Assembly (NCBI RefSeq): GCF_037042905.1
Contig: NC_087256.1
Span: forward strand, 5,022,001-5,086,000
DNA from: Lytechinus pictus
Taxonomy: Eukaryota
DNA: 64,000 nucleotides
Reading direction: 5' to 3'
In this document: in pieces, positions 11,901-24,740 of the stretch
Layout of the letters: the number at the start of each line of letters is the position of its first letter
Position numbering within the stretch: position 1 is the stretch's first letter
The notes under the pieces: generated by a model
Told to the model about the DNA's origin: nothing
Databases searched by the model: none
The model's input: the letters and a program-made list of their open reading frames with translations, nothing else
Made by a program: the position numbers and the translations under genes

Positions 11901-14900
11901 TTAAATCATTTTGAGAGGGAAAGCTCCAATTGGATCAACACAGTTGACTATAAACTTTTATCCATTTCTATTTTGGTCACCATGAAGAATTCAGAATTTT
12001 ACCAAAGAGGAGCCCACTTTTTAGCAAACAAGTTGACAGACAAAAATTAAAGAATAAACAAAAATAGACATTAGGACAAAGGCCGCTCGCCCCGGTATAG
12101 GAAATGATATTATGTCGTAAAAGTAGCCGAAGTTTCGACATTTTTTGAAGTACCTGATCAAGAAGTCCACAGCCATGTATAGGATATTCAATCTGAGGAT
12201 TTAACGTTCCATCGGTGTGTATGATATCAACAAAGACTGCATCCGATTTATCGATAAGACACTCGTTTCCACATCTAGTGAATTCAGGTCCGGCTGGATC
12301 CAATCCTGGAGGAAAAAGAAAAAGTAATGGTGCGTTTTGATGTAACCATCAATAATACACAGAATGAATTAATCCATAATCTTATACAAAGGAAATAGAG
12401 TGTTTTTGAGAGGAAAATACTTGTTTTGTCACTTGGTAACATAATAAGTGAGACGAGTGTAAACAGCACAGGTCTGAAATCTGCATTGTGCTGACCAGGA
12501 CCCTGTTGCACAAGTTTTATCATTATGGTAACTTTACCATCCAATGGTAACTTAACTGCATGGGATCTTGGATTTTGATTGGCTGTTGGTCAGCCCAACC
12601 AAGTTACTTACCATTGGATGGCCCAAAGTTACCATAAATTAACAGTAAGTTTTCTGCAACCGGCCCTGGAGAGCGTATCATGAAAGGACTTGTCGGACGT
12701 TTTATCCGACGGTTACCATAGTAACAATGCTTCACAGCCAAACTAAATCAAGGAAAGTTGTCAGATCTGACAACTTGTCACATGAAAATGTTTATGAAAC
12801 CCAGACTCCCCGATGTGAGTAGTTGTGGACTTGAGGTGGCGCTATTTAGGCTGCTATTTTTCTGCTTTAAGACATTTCCACTTACACTGCATGCTATTCT
12901 ATCTGTGTTATTTCAGATGAATGATGACAGGCATCTCCTCCCCCCTCCCCGGGGGAGGTGGCGTGTCCATCTCGAATTTTGTGTGGCAGGCTATGGGGGG
13001 GGGGGGTCGTCTGGACCCACCAGAGCGACCAACGATCTCAATAACAGAATTATAACTACCAAAACATCACTACTTATTCATTTCGACTTAATTATTATTT
13101 TGCTTGTTTGTTTGTATGAGTTAGTTAGGTAATTCTTTCCTTTTTTCTGCTTTGATTTTTATTAAATACTACGTTACTTAATTTGGGTCGGCCATAGATA
13201 AGGTTAATTTCTTCTTGGCTGCTATGTACGCTTTCTGTATAATAATGTATTTATGTGTTTGATTTATGCAGTGCTTGTGCTATTTACATTGTTGTTTTTA
13301 TACTGAGAAAAATTAATTGAATTGAATTAAATCCTTTAGAATGAGACCCAATTGGAATGATGGGTCATTATTATAAGCTGACCAATGTGTTTGAGGTATA
13401 TCGCATAACACTGGTCAGAAAATAATTACAGTCGATTTTCGACTGAATTTATTAATGCAGCGCTAACGACATTCGTATTAACGGGCAAGTCTACCCCCCC
13501 CCCAAAAAAAAGGGGGGGGAATGATTTGAATAGAAAGAGAAGAATATAACAACTAAAATTTCATAAAAATCGTATGTAAGAGAAAAAAATTATTACCGAG
13601 GTTTTTTTTTTTTTTTTTACCTGACTGCTAAGAAAGCACGAATGCCTGTGAGCAAGCAACCAGGGGACCAACAGCTTAAGGTCCTCTCCGAGGGACCTGG
13701 TAACGAGGATAAATGCCTTACCAAAAGGCACTAGCGCACCACTTGGGAATCGAACCCGGGTCACCGGAATCCGAAACCCCCGCCCTACCGACTGAGCTAT
13801 CGCGCCTCCTTTAAAGCTTCGTGTTTTTTATACAAAATACGATTATACACAACACAGTGATATGCAAATGAGAGAGTCGACATTATCTCACACTTTCTGT
13901 TTCTTTTCTTTCTTAGCATGGAAATGTATAAAATATTTTATTTTTGCAGATATGACAATAAAGCAGCATCTTCAATCAATTACGTATAAGGTCGTAACCA
14001 TGGTTATCCCACATATTCAATGAAAAATAAACCTTGTTTCATATTAGAATGAGAAAGATATTAAGATATTTCAAATTCTATATTATTTACAATAAAATAC
14101 AAAACTGCATGTAAACTGAAATCATACAGCTATATTTAAGTAAAAGCTAGAAAGTTCTATCTTTCCTGCATCCATGGACGCCGGAAGCGAGGCAGTCGAT
14201 CGCCCCCAAAGTGGGGGAAACACACCCCCACGACAAAAAGGGATAGATAAATAAAAAAGAACAAGAAGTATTGTCATTAATTTTGAGAGAGAAAACAAGT
14301 GTGACACTGCACCGATGAGACATGCAAGGGGGTTTATCAGAATTTAAAAGGGCACTATTCACTAGCAGATCCAGGGGGGGGGGGCAAAGCCGGCCCGTAA
14401 TCCCCCCCTTTGGAAAATCCTGGATCCGCCCCTGGCACTATTTTTACGGGATTCAAAGAAACACTTCGAAAGATCTAGTTAATCAATTTTTTTACAAACC
14501 TTCACTAGTATCACTAAAAATCATTTACAAGACCTAATCACTTGATCCATCAGACTCACCGGTCAGTCGTCCAACTTGTCCACTCAAGGCCTCACCAGCA
14601 TACCCCGCGGTATGTGCCCCCAAACTATGGCCGATGATATGCATGCTCCCATACGAGGCACCGGAAACAGCCTTCAATCTATCGATGAGTTTGCCAATAT
14701 CGCGACCAACAACCCGGGTATTAGCTCTGCTCTGTGCGTAATTGATTCGCCCTGCCCCTTCTTGCCAGTCCACCATTATAACATTCATATTCTAGAACAA
14801 GGGCGGGGGAGAAGAAGCAAATAAAAAATAGGTCATTGTAATATATAGGCCCATGTATAACTTTTATCAGTACAGAATTACAAATGAAAAAAAAAGAGAC

Positions 14901-17900
14901 ATAACTTCATTTCGTTTGTTTGTTACCATGCATTACCACTGATGACTAATCAGATCAAAATAAAATAACCAAAATCTGACAATTGAAAAAAAAATCACAA
15001 TGGTATGATTCTTTCAAAAAAATTCGATACTAATTCAACAATGTATATATCTGTCAACTGTTTCATGTAGAGATATGTATTTGGTGTTGTTGTATGCATG
15101 ATTTTAAATAACAAAAACATGTATCATCCAGTATGGTAGACTGATAATTGGCACACGAAATATTGATTATTATAACAACTGTTCTTAAGTTTAATCTTAT
15201 CATCACTATTAGTATTATTAGTATTATCATTATCATTCGTCTCCCCTCGTCATTTATATCCCAACCATCACTAGTAACCTTTAAATCAGCGCCCTAAAAG
15301 TAAAACCTGAGCCTTAACGCACACGACACACCTCCAGTTTAAACACCTTTATGGAGTCTTTTGGAGGAATCCTACCAAGTAATCCTACCAAGTACCAGAA
15401 TCATCATCATCATTATTATTCCTCTAAACAGGATCAAGTCCGTATTTTTTCTTGAACAACTTTGCTCTAACAAAAAGCACCAAGTAATTTCAAGTGCAAC
15501 TAGGAACTTTGCACTACTAATGTCCGAGAGTCTTTCTTATCAATCTGGTTGTACCCAAGATAGCTGCCTTCTGAATGTCCTACATCCGAAGGTGAGGAGA
15601 GATCTTGGTTATGCAGGCTTCCATTCCCTTCTTCACCATGTTCACCATTCCTGAGTGACCAATGATGACTGGTGTGACCTCTGCCTTCACGTTCCACATC
15701 CTCACGATCTCAATCCTTAGGTCTTGATACTTGAGCCGTTTGTCTCTTTCCTTTACAGCAATGTTGATATCATGGGGAACAGAGACCTCAATGATATTTA
15801 CTACTTTGTTGTCTCTGACGATGATGTCCGGCTTGTTGCAGTTGCTGGTTCTATCCGTTAGTATGCCACAGTTCCGATATATGGTGCTGTTATTGATCGT
15901 GGTGATCGTTTGTGGCTGATGTTCCCAAGCGTGATCACAAGTCATTTTACCGCGATCCTTCAGTAGTTATTATTATTATTATTATTATCATCATCATCAT
16001 CATCATTATTATTATTATTATTATTATTTCCATTGTCCACAACTTGATGTTATTATGTTGGTATATTAAACAGCAACCGGACTTCTTCCAGAAATCTAGG
16101 GTTATTGTTCTATATTCNNNNNNNNNNNNNNNNNNNNNNNNNNNNNNNNNNNNNNNNNNNNNNNNNNNNNNNNNNNNNNNNNNNNNNNNNNNNNNNNNNN
16201 NNNNNNNNNNNNNNNNNNNNNNNNNNNNNNNNNNNNNNNNNNNNNNNNNNNNNNNNNNNNCATACATGTAATTGAAAAAAATAGTATCACCTTATAGAAA
16301 ATATAAGCATATAAAGAGGTAGGGAATCATTAAGATTTTTCTATGGGGCGTGGATTACAAACTTTACTCGTTTTGGGGTCAGATAAACCTGTATGTATAC
16401 ATTTTAAAAACTATTTGCATCATCTTATTATGTGTTTGGTTAGAATTTGGATCTTTCTTGCTTTGCTCGCTTGCTATACCTTTACCCCAAATCCGTGACT
16501 TAGTCTGCTGCCACAGACCCTGACCAACAAATAGGTCTTACTACCTCAGATACAACTTGTCAGCGAGAGGGGGGGGGGGGGGCTCTGTACCCAAGTCATT
16601 GTAGGCTGAACATTCAGACCTCTTAATTCGGGTGAAGGGTTTGCTCAGCCGACTCTCCTTGACCTACCTCATCTACGAGTGCCTTCTTCATATCTTGAGC
16701 CCAACCTGATGTGTATACGTCTGTGTAGCCGTGAATTATGAATTTTGTGCCTCGATTACCCTTGAAGATGGACAAAAAAGAGTATTATTAATTTTGGCCA
16801 ACCACCCACGTTTTGGACTGGACGGGACTTGACAAAACTTAAAATACAACAAGAAGAAGAAAGAGAAGAACGAAAGAAGGAGAAGGAAGAGAAGGATTTT
16901 TATGTACATGTATATTGTATACATTAATCAAATAGATATAATGATAACATTGATAATAATCATATATAAATATGAAAGTGATGATGAAAATAATTTTCAA
17001 AAGCTGAACAGTTTTGTTCTTAAAGCAATTTTCTTTTTTTTTTAATGAAAGGAGTAACTCAGTAAAAAGAGCGACTTCTATAGCACAAAAATGATGATGA
17101 TGAAAAATGGGAGACATTTGAAACACACAAAATGATCCTTTATGACTTGTGCAGAATTTTGTGTGATTATTTCAGTTGGCAAACGGGGACTGAGTTGCCC
17201 CAAAAAAATCATCTCGAACGACAAGCCATGTTAAAAATGGTAAAGGTTGATAATGCGAATTTACAAGGGTACAAAAAAGGTATTCACTTTTTTTAATATT
17301 ACCCCCAAAGACTTAAAGAAATTATTTTAATAAAGTATTAAGAAATGATAAAAAATTACCTCGAATTTTGAATTTCGGATGGTGCTGTCATCATACCGGT
17401 CGAGTAGCTCTTTAGAGTAACCGCTATTTTTCTCTGGAGTATAGAGCCAATACTTTATCACGATTGCTTCGGGACTCTCTGGACAAGCATGGTGGCAACC
17501 ACTGCCGTAGCTGAAATAGCCCAGATCGCCATATTTGACACTAGCAGCTTCACACCCTAGAAACAAACAATAAATTGTCATTTAAAGCAAATACGAACCA
17601 GGGACCTTAATAGCGCCACCTCAGGTTCTAAACCACTTAAATCTGCATGGCCAGGTTCCTATTCCGTATTGCAACATTCTGAGTAGTGTTGTTTTGTAAT
17701 ATAGGCCCACTTGAATGACAACATACTGATTCACTATTTAAATCATTAATATCGAAATTTGTTACCTAGTAGCAAGATGTAATTTTTCCTCTCAAGAAAA
17801 TTTCAGCTTCTTCTTACAAATGAAATTTAAGGCTATTTTATTTTCTGTATTATTGGTAGTAATCTCAACGGGTATTTAGTTATTTAGAACGCACAGTCAA

Positions 17901-20900
17901 TTAGAGACCCTATACAATGTTGGTCAGTTTGGTCATGTTATCAAAAAAATATTCCATGTCTTGTAAAATAATCTAGAAATGATATTGTCGAAAAATCATG
18001 ACCACGTGCATTTCAAAGAGATATATCTTTGTATTACTTTATTTCATAGAAGTTTATTTACCTATTCATTTGTTGCAATGCTAATGAGCTAATGTTTTTA
18101 TTCAAATCAATTCAATTTAAAGTCGTATTAATTCAATTCCAAAAACAGAAAATTAATACAAACTTATTGCACCATGCGTCTACATTCAAGAGCATAGCTT
18201 AGAATTAATAGTATAATCATAATTATATACCACTGTCAACTTTGTGATTGTCACATGAATTGATATCACCATTTATTTCCAATCATTGTTCACAATGTGC
18301 AGGGGCCGCGGAACAGTTTTCAAAGGGGGGGGGGGCTGAGCCAAAAGTGGGGGCTGACCATGCAAAATCACAATCATATGGTCATTTTTATGTATTGGTA
18401 CACCAAATACAACAAATAAGCACGAAAAGGAATGATAATAATGATAATGACTAAACAGGGCAACCTAGAAATCGTCATCCCACACTGTTTCGAAATCTAG
18501 CAACGTTATCAAATCTAAGAACCAGACTTGTGGAAACAGTTTAAAGATGATTTTTGATGTCATTGGATAATGCTTTCCTGTTTGGACCCATACAACGAAG
18601 ATCATATATTGAGAATAATGTCCTGTGTCTTGGTAAATGAAGAAGATGAGCTTGTATTGTGTTTATTCAGCCGCCCTTCCGTTCAGCTTTGTGGTCACAC
18701 GGGCCTAATTACAACTGGCAGGCAAAAAATATTCATTCGACCCAACCCGTTCTCGATTTTTAAATTTGATTTTGCTGACTGACAAAAATGAATGAATATG
18801 ACTGACAATCTAACACTGATTCTATAGGGAGGGTACCCACTGAACTTCCTTTTTCCAAATTTGAAAGATATGAATTTTTTTACTGGCGGAAAAATTAGGG
18901 CCATTTTACTCTCTCAAGTGTGCGTGTGTGTGTATTTGAGTTTTGTCAGACGTGTGTCAATCAGATATGATTATTTAACGTCACCATCCGAAAGACGTGA
19001 CCAGGGCTCGAACCTCGAACCTCTGCATCAATGTGTAACTTCCCCACAGCTTGGATTACAGGCGCACGCCACAACGCCCAGTGATGAATTTGATTGTAGT
19101 CTTCATAAATGCCGATTTATTTTTAAAATGAGCTTGTCGAGGTACCTTTTCTGGTCAGATATGGAATGTCAGACATATATCCTGTCCACTGGTATATAGT
19201 AAACATTCAACCCTCGAATTTCCTCCTTATTTTTTATGAATTTTTTTAAAGTACCACTTTAACACAAGAGCCTATGGGAAATGAATTAGGCCTGTGATAC
19301 CTTGTTAGGCGTAAAAATCCCAGTCTTTCCCGGGTTAAATCACGAAATGTACACTTCTATCAGAGCGATTATTCGTTCTTCTGGTTTCAAAAAGCGAACA
19401 AATTCTGTGAGTGAAGTGAACGATTCTTTTAATGGATGCAAGCGAGGTGATTAAATATAAATTGTATTTGACATGTTTGATAACAATATTTTGTTGACAA
19501 AATTACATTTCTTGATGAGGCTTTTTATCTACGCTTTTCCGTTCGCTCGCACTCGATTGGATACTCTCGCTCGGAGTTTTCGATTCAACGACGCACATCG
19601 GATTCAAGAATACATTAAATGTATTGAAAATGCCCGTCAAATGACAATGAATAGCTGGGAAGTCTTTGTCGAAAATTGTTAAACTCGAACAAAAGTTTCG
19701 TATAAAGTTTCGGAGCTGACGGAATCATTTGCAAATATAATTTATGTCGTTTGTCCAGCGTCCAGGACGAAACAGCTATTTTGATTCACAAATTTTCGAA
19801 AAAAATACATCGTGATTTGAAAGGCATTTGACCATACATTTTCTATGTTCTTGAATGCGTCATGTGACGTAGAAGCTGAAAGTACCTGTAGGGGAAAGGA
19901 ACGAACACAGTGAGACCAGTGTTTGTGTTTGGCTACTTTGAAGCAACCGTGTGATTGTATGATGTGGTAATTTCTTCGTCAGCCGTGGCATACAATTTTT
20001 GAGGGGGGCTAGATATGGCGTATCGGGCAAAATTCATAAAAAGTCGCAAGGGAGCGAAGCGAGCGAGCAAAAATATTGACATTTTTATTACAAAAATGTT
20101 ATGATATATTTGACTTAATATTCTTTCTTCTATTAAAAAAAAAATATTAACAAAAGAAGTTATTTGTTTGTTTGATATAACGTATTAAATGTGGGAAATG
20201 AGTTAGAACGATTCAAATGAGATATCACTTCTTTTCATATTAGTTTACTTCACAAGTGGAAAAGGGGTTGTTATCTGCAATGCAGCTTAATTGTCGCAAT
20301 GAAAATCGAAAATATTTTGTCTTTAAATTATGGTCATTATCAAAATGTCCTATATAGAGATGTCTTTTCACTACCGGTATTCCCCTCCGTTTAAGCGCTT
20401 TAGTTTTCATGATTTTCAGCATTTAAGAATCTATTTAATTTTCAGCAAACTACAGCAATTCACACAATCATTTTGATGATTATGACATGTAAAGACGTCC
20501 CCCCCCCCTAAAAAAAGAAATAAATATGAGCAAATAATTATTTGAAGATAAACCTGTTCTGTATATTTAAATACATAGGCCTATTTCATTGTGTACAGCT
20601 AAATAAATAGGTTTAATATTCGGTTCAACCTGGAAATCATATGAATAAAAACATATGAATGGATTCGGTTTGAATGATTAAATTAATTATTTTCATTTTA
20701 GAGCAAACAGGTTAATAAAGTAGGTACAAAGCAGAATATAAATGACAGAAATGAAACAAGGGAACTCACTGAATAGCATCGCTTGATTTGTGAGTACCTG
20801 CAATACATGACTGATTAAAATATGTGAAATTCAAATTGTAATTATAAAGCTTCAATATAAAAAAATATTATCGAATTCTAATGTGGTCAAGCTTTTAAGC

Positions 20901-21662
20901 TTTTAGGACTATACACATACAAAACAATAATACAATCATGACAATATTTCATACCCCTTTATTGTACACAAAATAATAAACATACTTAAGATTTCAGAAA
21001 GTGCATTTAGAAATCAATTAGACAAGGCAGGACGAAAAATTATAAAACAAAAACATTAAACAAAATCAAATACAGTGTACAAAATAGGATAAGACATGAC
21101 AAGGCAGGACAGAAACAAGAGATAAAAAAGCATCATAAATCAAGGAGACAAGAACAAGCAACAACAACAAAGAAAAACTGCGCATAAGGAAAAAAGATAA
21201 GGATGAGAGAAGAGGGAAAGTGTATTCCGTTTCCAATGCATTAACAACGGTAAATTGCGTGAAATCGAAGGCTGCAATCGGAAAAATATACTCTACTATC
21301 GTTGAAATTTATCATGTTATACTTATTCAGTCCCTCAATATTTGTATCTTGTTTTGAATAGAACCATACCATATCGTTAAGCTCTCGTAATTTTCTCAAT
21401 GTCTCATCTTTCTCTATATAGAATTGTGTGATTTGTATTTGATTTTTCAAAATTATAAACTGATTATAAAAAATAATCAACTGCAATGAAAAGAAATAAG
21501 ACATTTCTTAAGTTATATCTACATTCATGAATAAAATAACCTTGATATCAACAACAAACTTATAAATATAATGAAACCTCCATCTATACCTTATATACGC
21601 GACTTACCTCTTGCTATGACAAAAGCCAAGAAAACGACAGCGACTGAAGAAATGCTCTCCAT
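8711..21662 (-). CDS. Pancreatic lipase-related protein, paralogue A (spliced; exons 21662-21608, 17556-17360, candidate 16837-16760, 14791-14560, 12305-12154, 8992-8711; ~331 aa)
   Basis: Signal peptide MESISSVAVVFLAFVIARG; VIMVDW, GHSLG nucleophile, LDPAGP, VDIIHTD, GHQDFYPNGG..QPGC and CDH motifs. All junctions are GT-AG with compatible phases (1,0,0,1,0). The third exon is uncertain. Confidence 0.9.
9310..11900 (+). mobile_element. 5'-truncated, frameshifted CR1/L2-type LINE (end of APE, RT, 3' UTR) in the last intron of lipase A, antisense
   Basis: DLYDHFP (APE end), PWIT, KVIPLFKKGD, SKILEKLM, DLSNAFD, GVPQGSILGP, YADD (10744-10755), FLGITID, LQKRAVR split over several frames; ends approximate. 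Confidence 0.92.
12154..12305 (-). CDS. Lipase A exon with catalytic Asp (LDPAGP)
   Basis: GLDPAGPEF...DKSDAVFVDIIHTDG; CAG acceptor, CAG|GT donor. Confidence 0.93.
12496..12668. mobile_element. Palindromic MITE, related copy at ~52947-53075
   Basis: CC.GTTGCA / TGCAACCGGCCC ends; shared TTATCATTATGGTA.CTTT.CCAT core. Confidence 0.6.
13602..13809 (-). mobile_element. tRNA-derived SINE with poly-A tail
   Basis: A box TAGCTCAGTCGG, B box GGTTCGATTCC, central CTCGGAGAGGACCTTAAGCTGTTGGTCCC (resembles the Meta-type domain from memory), A17 tail. Confidence 0.85.
14360..14434. mobile_element. 75-bp hAT-like mini-MITE
   Basis: ...GATCCAGG / CCTGGATCCGCCCCTG termini, perfect 8-bp TSD GCACTATT; relatives at ~37481-37679 and ~49232. 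Confidence 0.8.
14560..14791 (-). CDS. Lipase A exon with catalytic Ser (GHSLG)
   Basis: NMNVIMVDW...MHIIGHSLGAHTAGYAG...GRLT; 232 bp, same length as the equivalent exon in B and C. Confidence 0.95.
15400..15960 (-). mobile_element. 3' fragment of an R4/Dong-like non-LTR retrotransposon (restriction-like endonuclease domain)
   Basis: TDR..NKPDIIV...IIEVSVPHD..KE.DK.LKYQDL..E..RMW.V...PVIIG and, past a stop, IQKAAILGTTRLIRKTL; flanked on both sides by (TAA)/(TGA) repeats. Confidence 0.88.
15968..16028. repeat. (TTA)n(TCA)n(TTA)n compound microsatellite
   Basis: Directly visible. Confidence 0.95.
16118..16260. other. Assembly gap (other gaps: 22633-22774, 30966-31177)
   Basis: Runs of N. Confidence 1.
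16760..16837 (-). CDS. Lipase A candidate exon 3 (FCQVPSSPKRGWLAKINNTLFCPSSR)
   Basis: Long polypyrimidine tract + TAAG acceptor, AGG|GTAATC donor, phase 0-0 fits both neighbours; weak similarity to paralogues. Confidence 0.4.
17360..17556 (-). CDS. Lipase A exon 2
   Basis: GCEAASVKYGDLGYFSY..CPESPE..YWLYT..DSTIRNSKFE matches the lipase N-terminus; CTAG acceptor, GAG|GTAATT donor. Confidence 0.85.
18918..19082 (-). mobile_element. SINE with a 7SL-RNA (Alu-domain)-like head and (CA)n tail
   Basis: ACTGGGCGTTGTGGCGTGCGCCTGTAATCCAAGCT head, B box GGTTCGAGCCC (19004-19014), body GTCTTTCGGATGGTGACGTTAAA, (CA)n tail. Confidence 0.7.
21608..21662 (-). CDS. Lipase A exon 1 (signal peptide)
   Basis: ATG at 21662, hydrophobic 18 aa, donor AG|GTAAGT, phase 1, TATAAATA ~80 bp upstream. 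Confidence 0.8.
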
Positions 21663-21743
21663 ATTTCTATAGCAGCTGAATCAAATCACAACCGAGCTGG
21701 TCTTTGTCGCAGTAATATGATTTTAATCGAACCAAATCACTCG

Positions 21744-21751
21744 TATTTATA
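21744..21751 (-). promoter_or_regulatory. TATA box of lipase A
   Basis: TATAAATA on - strand, 82 bp upstream of ATG. Confidence 0.6.
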
Positions 21752-24443
21752 CAATTAAAAACGTATCATATCGTTTGGGCAATCGAGTAATATCAGCACT
21801 TCACATTGACTGCCTGATAGCTTGTTGGAATATGGGTGATTAATTGACGATTATAAGCACGTAAAGCACTTGATAATTACAAGGATCTGTTTAAAGCTCC
21901 GTGATAATGAGATGGATTTGATTATAATATGTTATTTTCGAACACACGCTACACTATACATAAACATATATTGTAGACAATCTCTTTTCTTGCATGAAAG
22001 ACTTAAGATTCAAGATACATTTTTCCATTAAAAGTGATTGACCCTTGTACATTTTTTCACCTGTGATAATTGACAATAATTTTCATTAAAAATTTACGAT
22101 CATATCACATAATTACTGGGAATGCTTAAACCTGTGACAATGGCTTTAAATACTTCAAGTTTGCTATCGTGCGTATTCCAAAAGTAGCAGGAGAGGAAGT
22201 TTCCCCGACTTTTTTAAAATTATGTTTTATAGGTCTGTAATGATGCTTAGAAAATAGAAATGTTCAGAAAATGCAATATCAGAGATAACGTGCAATTGAA
22301 GAATGAAAAGGAGAAAAAAGAAACGGGAGAAGAAGAAGAGTGCTAAGGTAAAAAAAGAGAGGAGGTGGAGGAGAGGGAGGAATAATATTCCATCAAGAGT
22401 AAATAATCTAGGCAAACTGAATATATGAGGGCGCTGCGTAAATATTTCTCATATCCAAGTCTTGCTCCCAGACTTGCTTTCTTCAAAAAACTTTTTTTGA
22501 TTCCCTGCATGAAAACATGCTTTTAAGGAATAGCCTGAAATTATCACAATCATATTTATATTATAATCATTATCACCTTTATTATTTATCATTATTATTA
22601 TATTTATTTGATTTTTCATACAATGTAAATGTNNNNNNNNNNNNNNNNNNNNNNNNNNNNNNNNNNNNNNNNNNNNNNNNNNNNNNNNNNNNNNNNNNNN
22701 NNNNNNNNNNNNNNNNNNNNNNNNNNNNNNNNNNNNNNNNNNNNNNNNNNNNNNNNNNNNNNNNNNNNNNNNNNNTCTTCGTCTTTTTTCTTCGTTCCCT
22801 CCCATGCCCGTACGCAAAGAGTTTTGGGGGAGATCGGCAGTTGCCCCCAGACATTTTGTAAAAACCTACTTTTCTACAAAAAATTGTCACAAAATTCACC
22901 ATAGGTGTAAACGTAATCCTTCAATTTCAATTGAGAAAATGCAAAAGCGATCCCATGACTAGCTCGATCGCTTCGCTCCCTCAGTTGGAGTGCAGTGTAA
23001 TGATCAAGTTATACCAACGGCCGACTCCAAACCAAGTGATGGTATACTATGTCATTAGAGATAACGTAAAAGTTTTTGTTGGTTTGCAGTTTATTTCGTC
23101 TGTGTGACCGAGTATAACCTCAACTTCACCTTGCTCATTATCATGAGGCTTCAGACGTCATACTCTGTGGAGAGAAGCATATGGCCTTGACAATGATAGA
23201 TGGGTTTACATATCGAAGTTAATCATAATAATTATATCTCATTTAAGTAGATATCACGTTTGTTATCCATGCAATACACTAATTAGATTGAAGCTTTGTT
23301 CAGGGATTGAAAAATACACATTTACACCTTATGACACCACACGTACCTGGTTTTGTTGAAAACATAACTTTCAAGACCAAGATCACAATTGCCTTGGAAA
23401 CTCTTAACAGATAATACTTTACCTCCATGGTCCAATCATGCCTATGCCTGTATAAGCTTCTAATCCGAAATAAACACCATCAAAGATTCTTTACCATTTT
23501 ACCGTTCTATTCTTATTCTCTGAATGCCACTCACCTCCTCCCCTATACCTCCTCTGTCTGTCTCTGTTCTCATAGAATTCGCTTAGTTGTTCGTAACCCC
23601 TTTTCTTTCGACACACCCCTTACACTCCCATCGCCCCTTTCTCTCATTGTCTCCCCTCCCCCTCTCCCTTTCGTTCTCTTCCCTGTGCTTGTCAAAAAGT
23701 TTTTTTTCGCAAGTATATAATCAATTATTGCACAACCCCCTCTCTCTCTCTCTCTCTTATCGTGATTATAAGATTCGTTTCCAAATGGTAAATACAATGT
23801 CACGCCTTAATCATGATAATCATTTTGATAAACAAGCCCCTTTGCAGTTAATTGGGATTCGACACCTGTTAACTTCTCATACATTTGAATGAAAAGTCCA
23901 GCAATGAACTCGGGAAAGTGAGATAAGCTTAAGGGTCTATATGGACTTCACAAACATAACGTTATTATATTATAGTTCTTTTATAACAATTTTGAAACAT
24001 AAAAAACAACTACGTGAACCTTTCATGGCTGCAGTGAGCTTCATCCTTTGATTTCATTATATTTGTATAAAGTGAAAAAAAAAACAGTTTACACTATTTT
24101 AGAATAATAGAAGCATATTAGCACAAAAAAATCTTTGGAGATGGAAACAAATTCAAAGGGAACATGAACTGTTAAATTTATTCAGGCAGTTTCAAACGCT
24201 TATAATAATGACATTACATTGATCAGATTTATAACTATCTTTCGATCCGACTGTACTTACGACGTTCTGTAAATAGCTTTCTATAGCCACGTATTTTCAA
24301 CTCGCCATCCTAAAAAAGTGTTTTTTCATGCTTTTCCAACCTCTCAGATCCGGAGAGGTATGGCGATGTAACTGGTGTTATGTTAGAGCTGAATGACTAC
24401 TTTATCTGTAATCATGCCTGTAAAATAAAAACATGATATCACG

Positions 24444-24740
24444 CAGTGGATTACAGATGGAGGCTTGGTGGCCCTTGCCCCCCTCCCCATGAAATGAAAT
24501 AAATAAATAAAAATATAAAAAAATCACGACCAAGAAAAAAAGAGAAAAAGAAAGAGAAAAAAAGGCAGAAGGGTGAAAGGTGATATTAGTTTTTAATATT
24601 TGGCCAAAATCTATCACAAATTTTGATTTTTGTAATATAAAGTGTTAAAATTTTTGCTCGCTCGCTCGCAGCTTTTTATTAATTTTGCGCGATGCGCCAT
24701 ATCTGGCCCCGTCAAAAACTTCGGGCTCATTACACCACTG
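24444..24740. mobile_element. hAT-like MITE
   Basis: CAGTGG...CCACTG termini, perfect 8-bp TSD ATATCACG. Confidence 0.85.

Noticed and set aside
13740-13809. tRNA gene
   Set aside because: A and B boxes are present, but the acceptor stem is poor and the sequence runs into a SINE body and poly-A tail.
19030-19082. Functional 7SL RNA gene or human Alu contamination
   Set aside because: Similarity ends after ~45 nt, with no S domain, no Alu dimer and no A tail, and it is embedded in host-type sequence.
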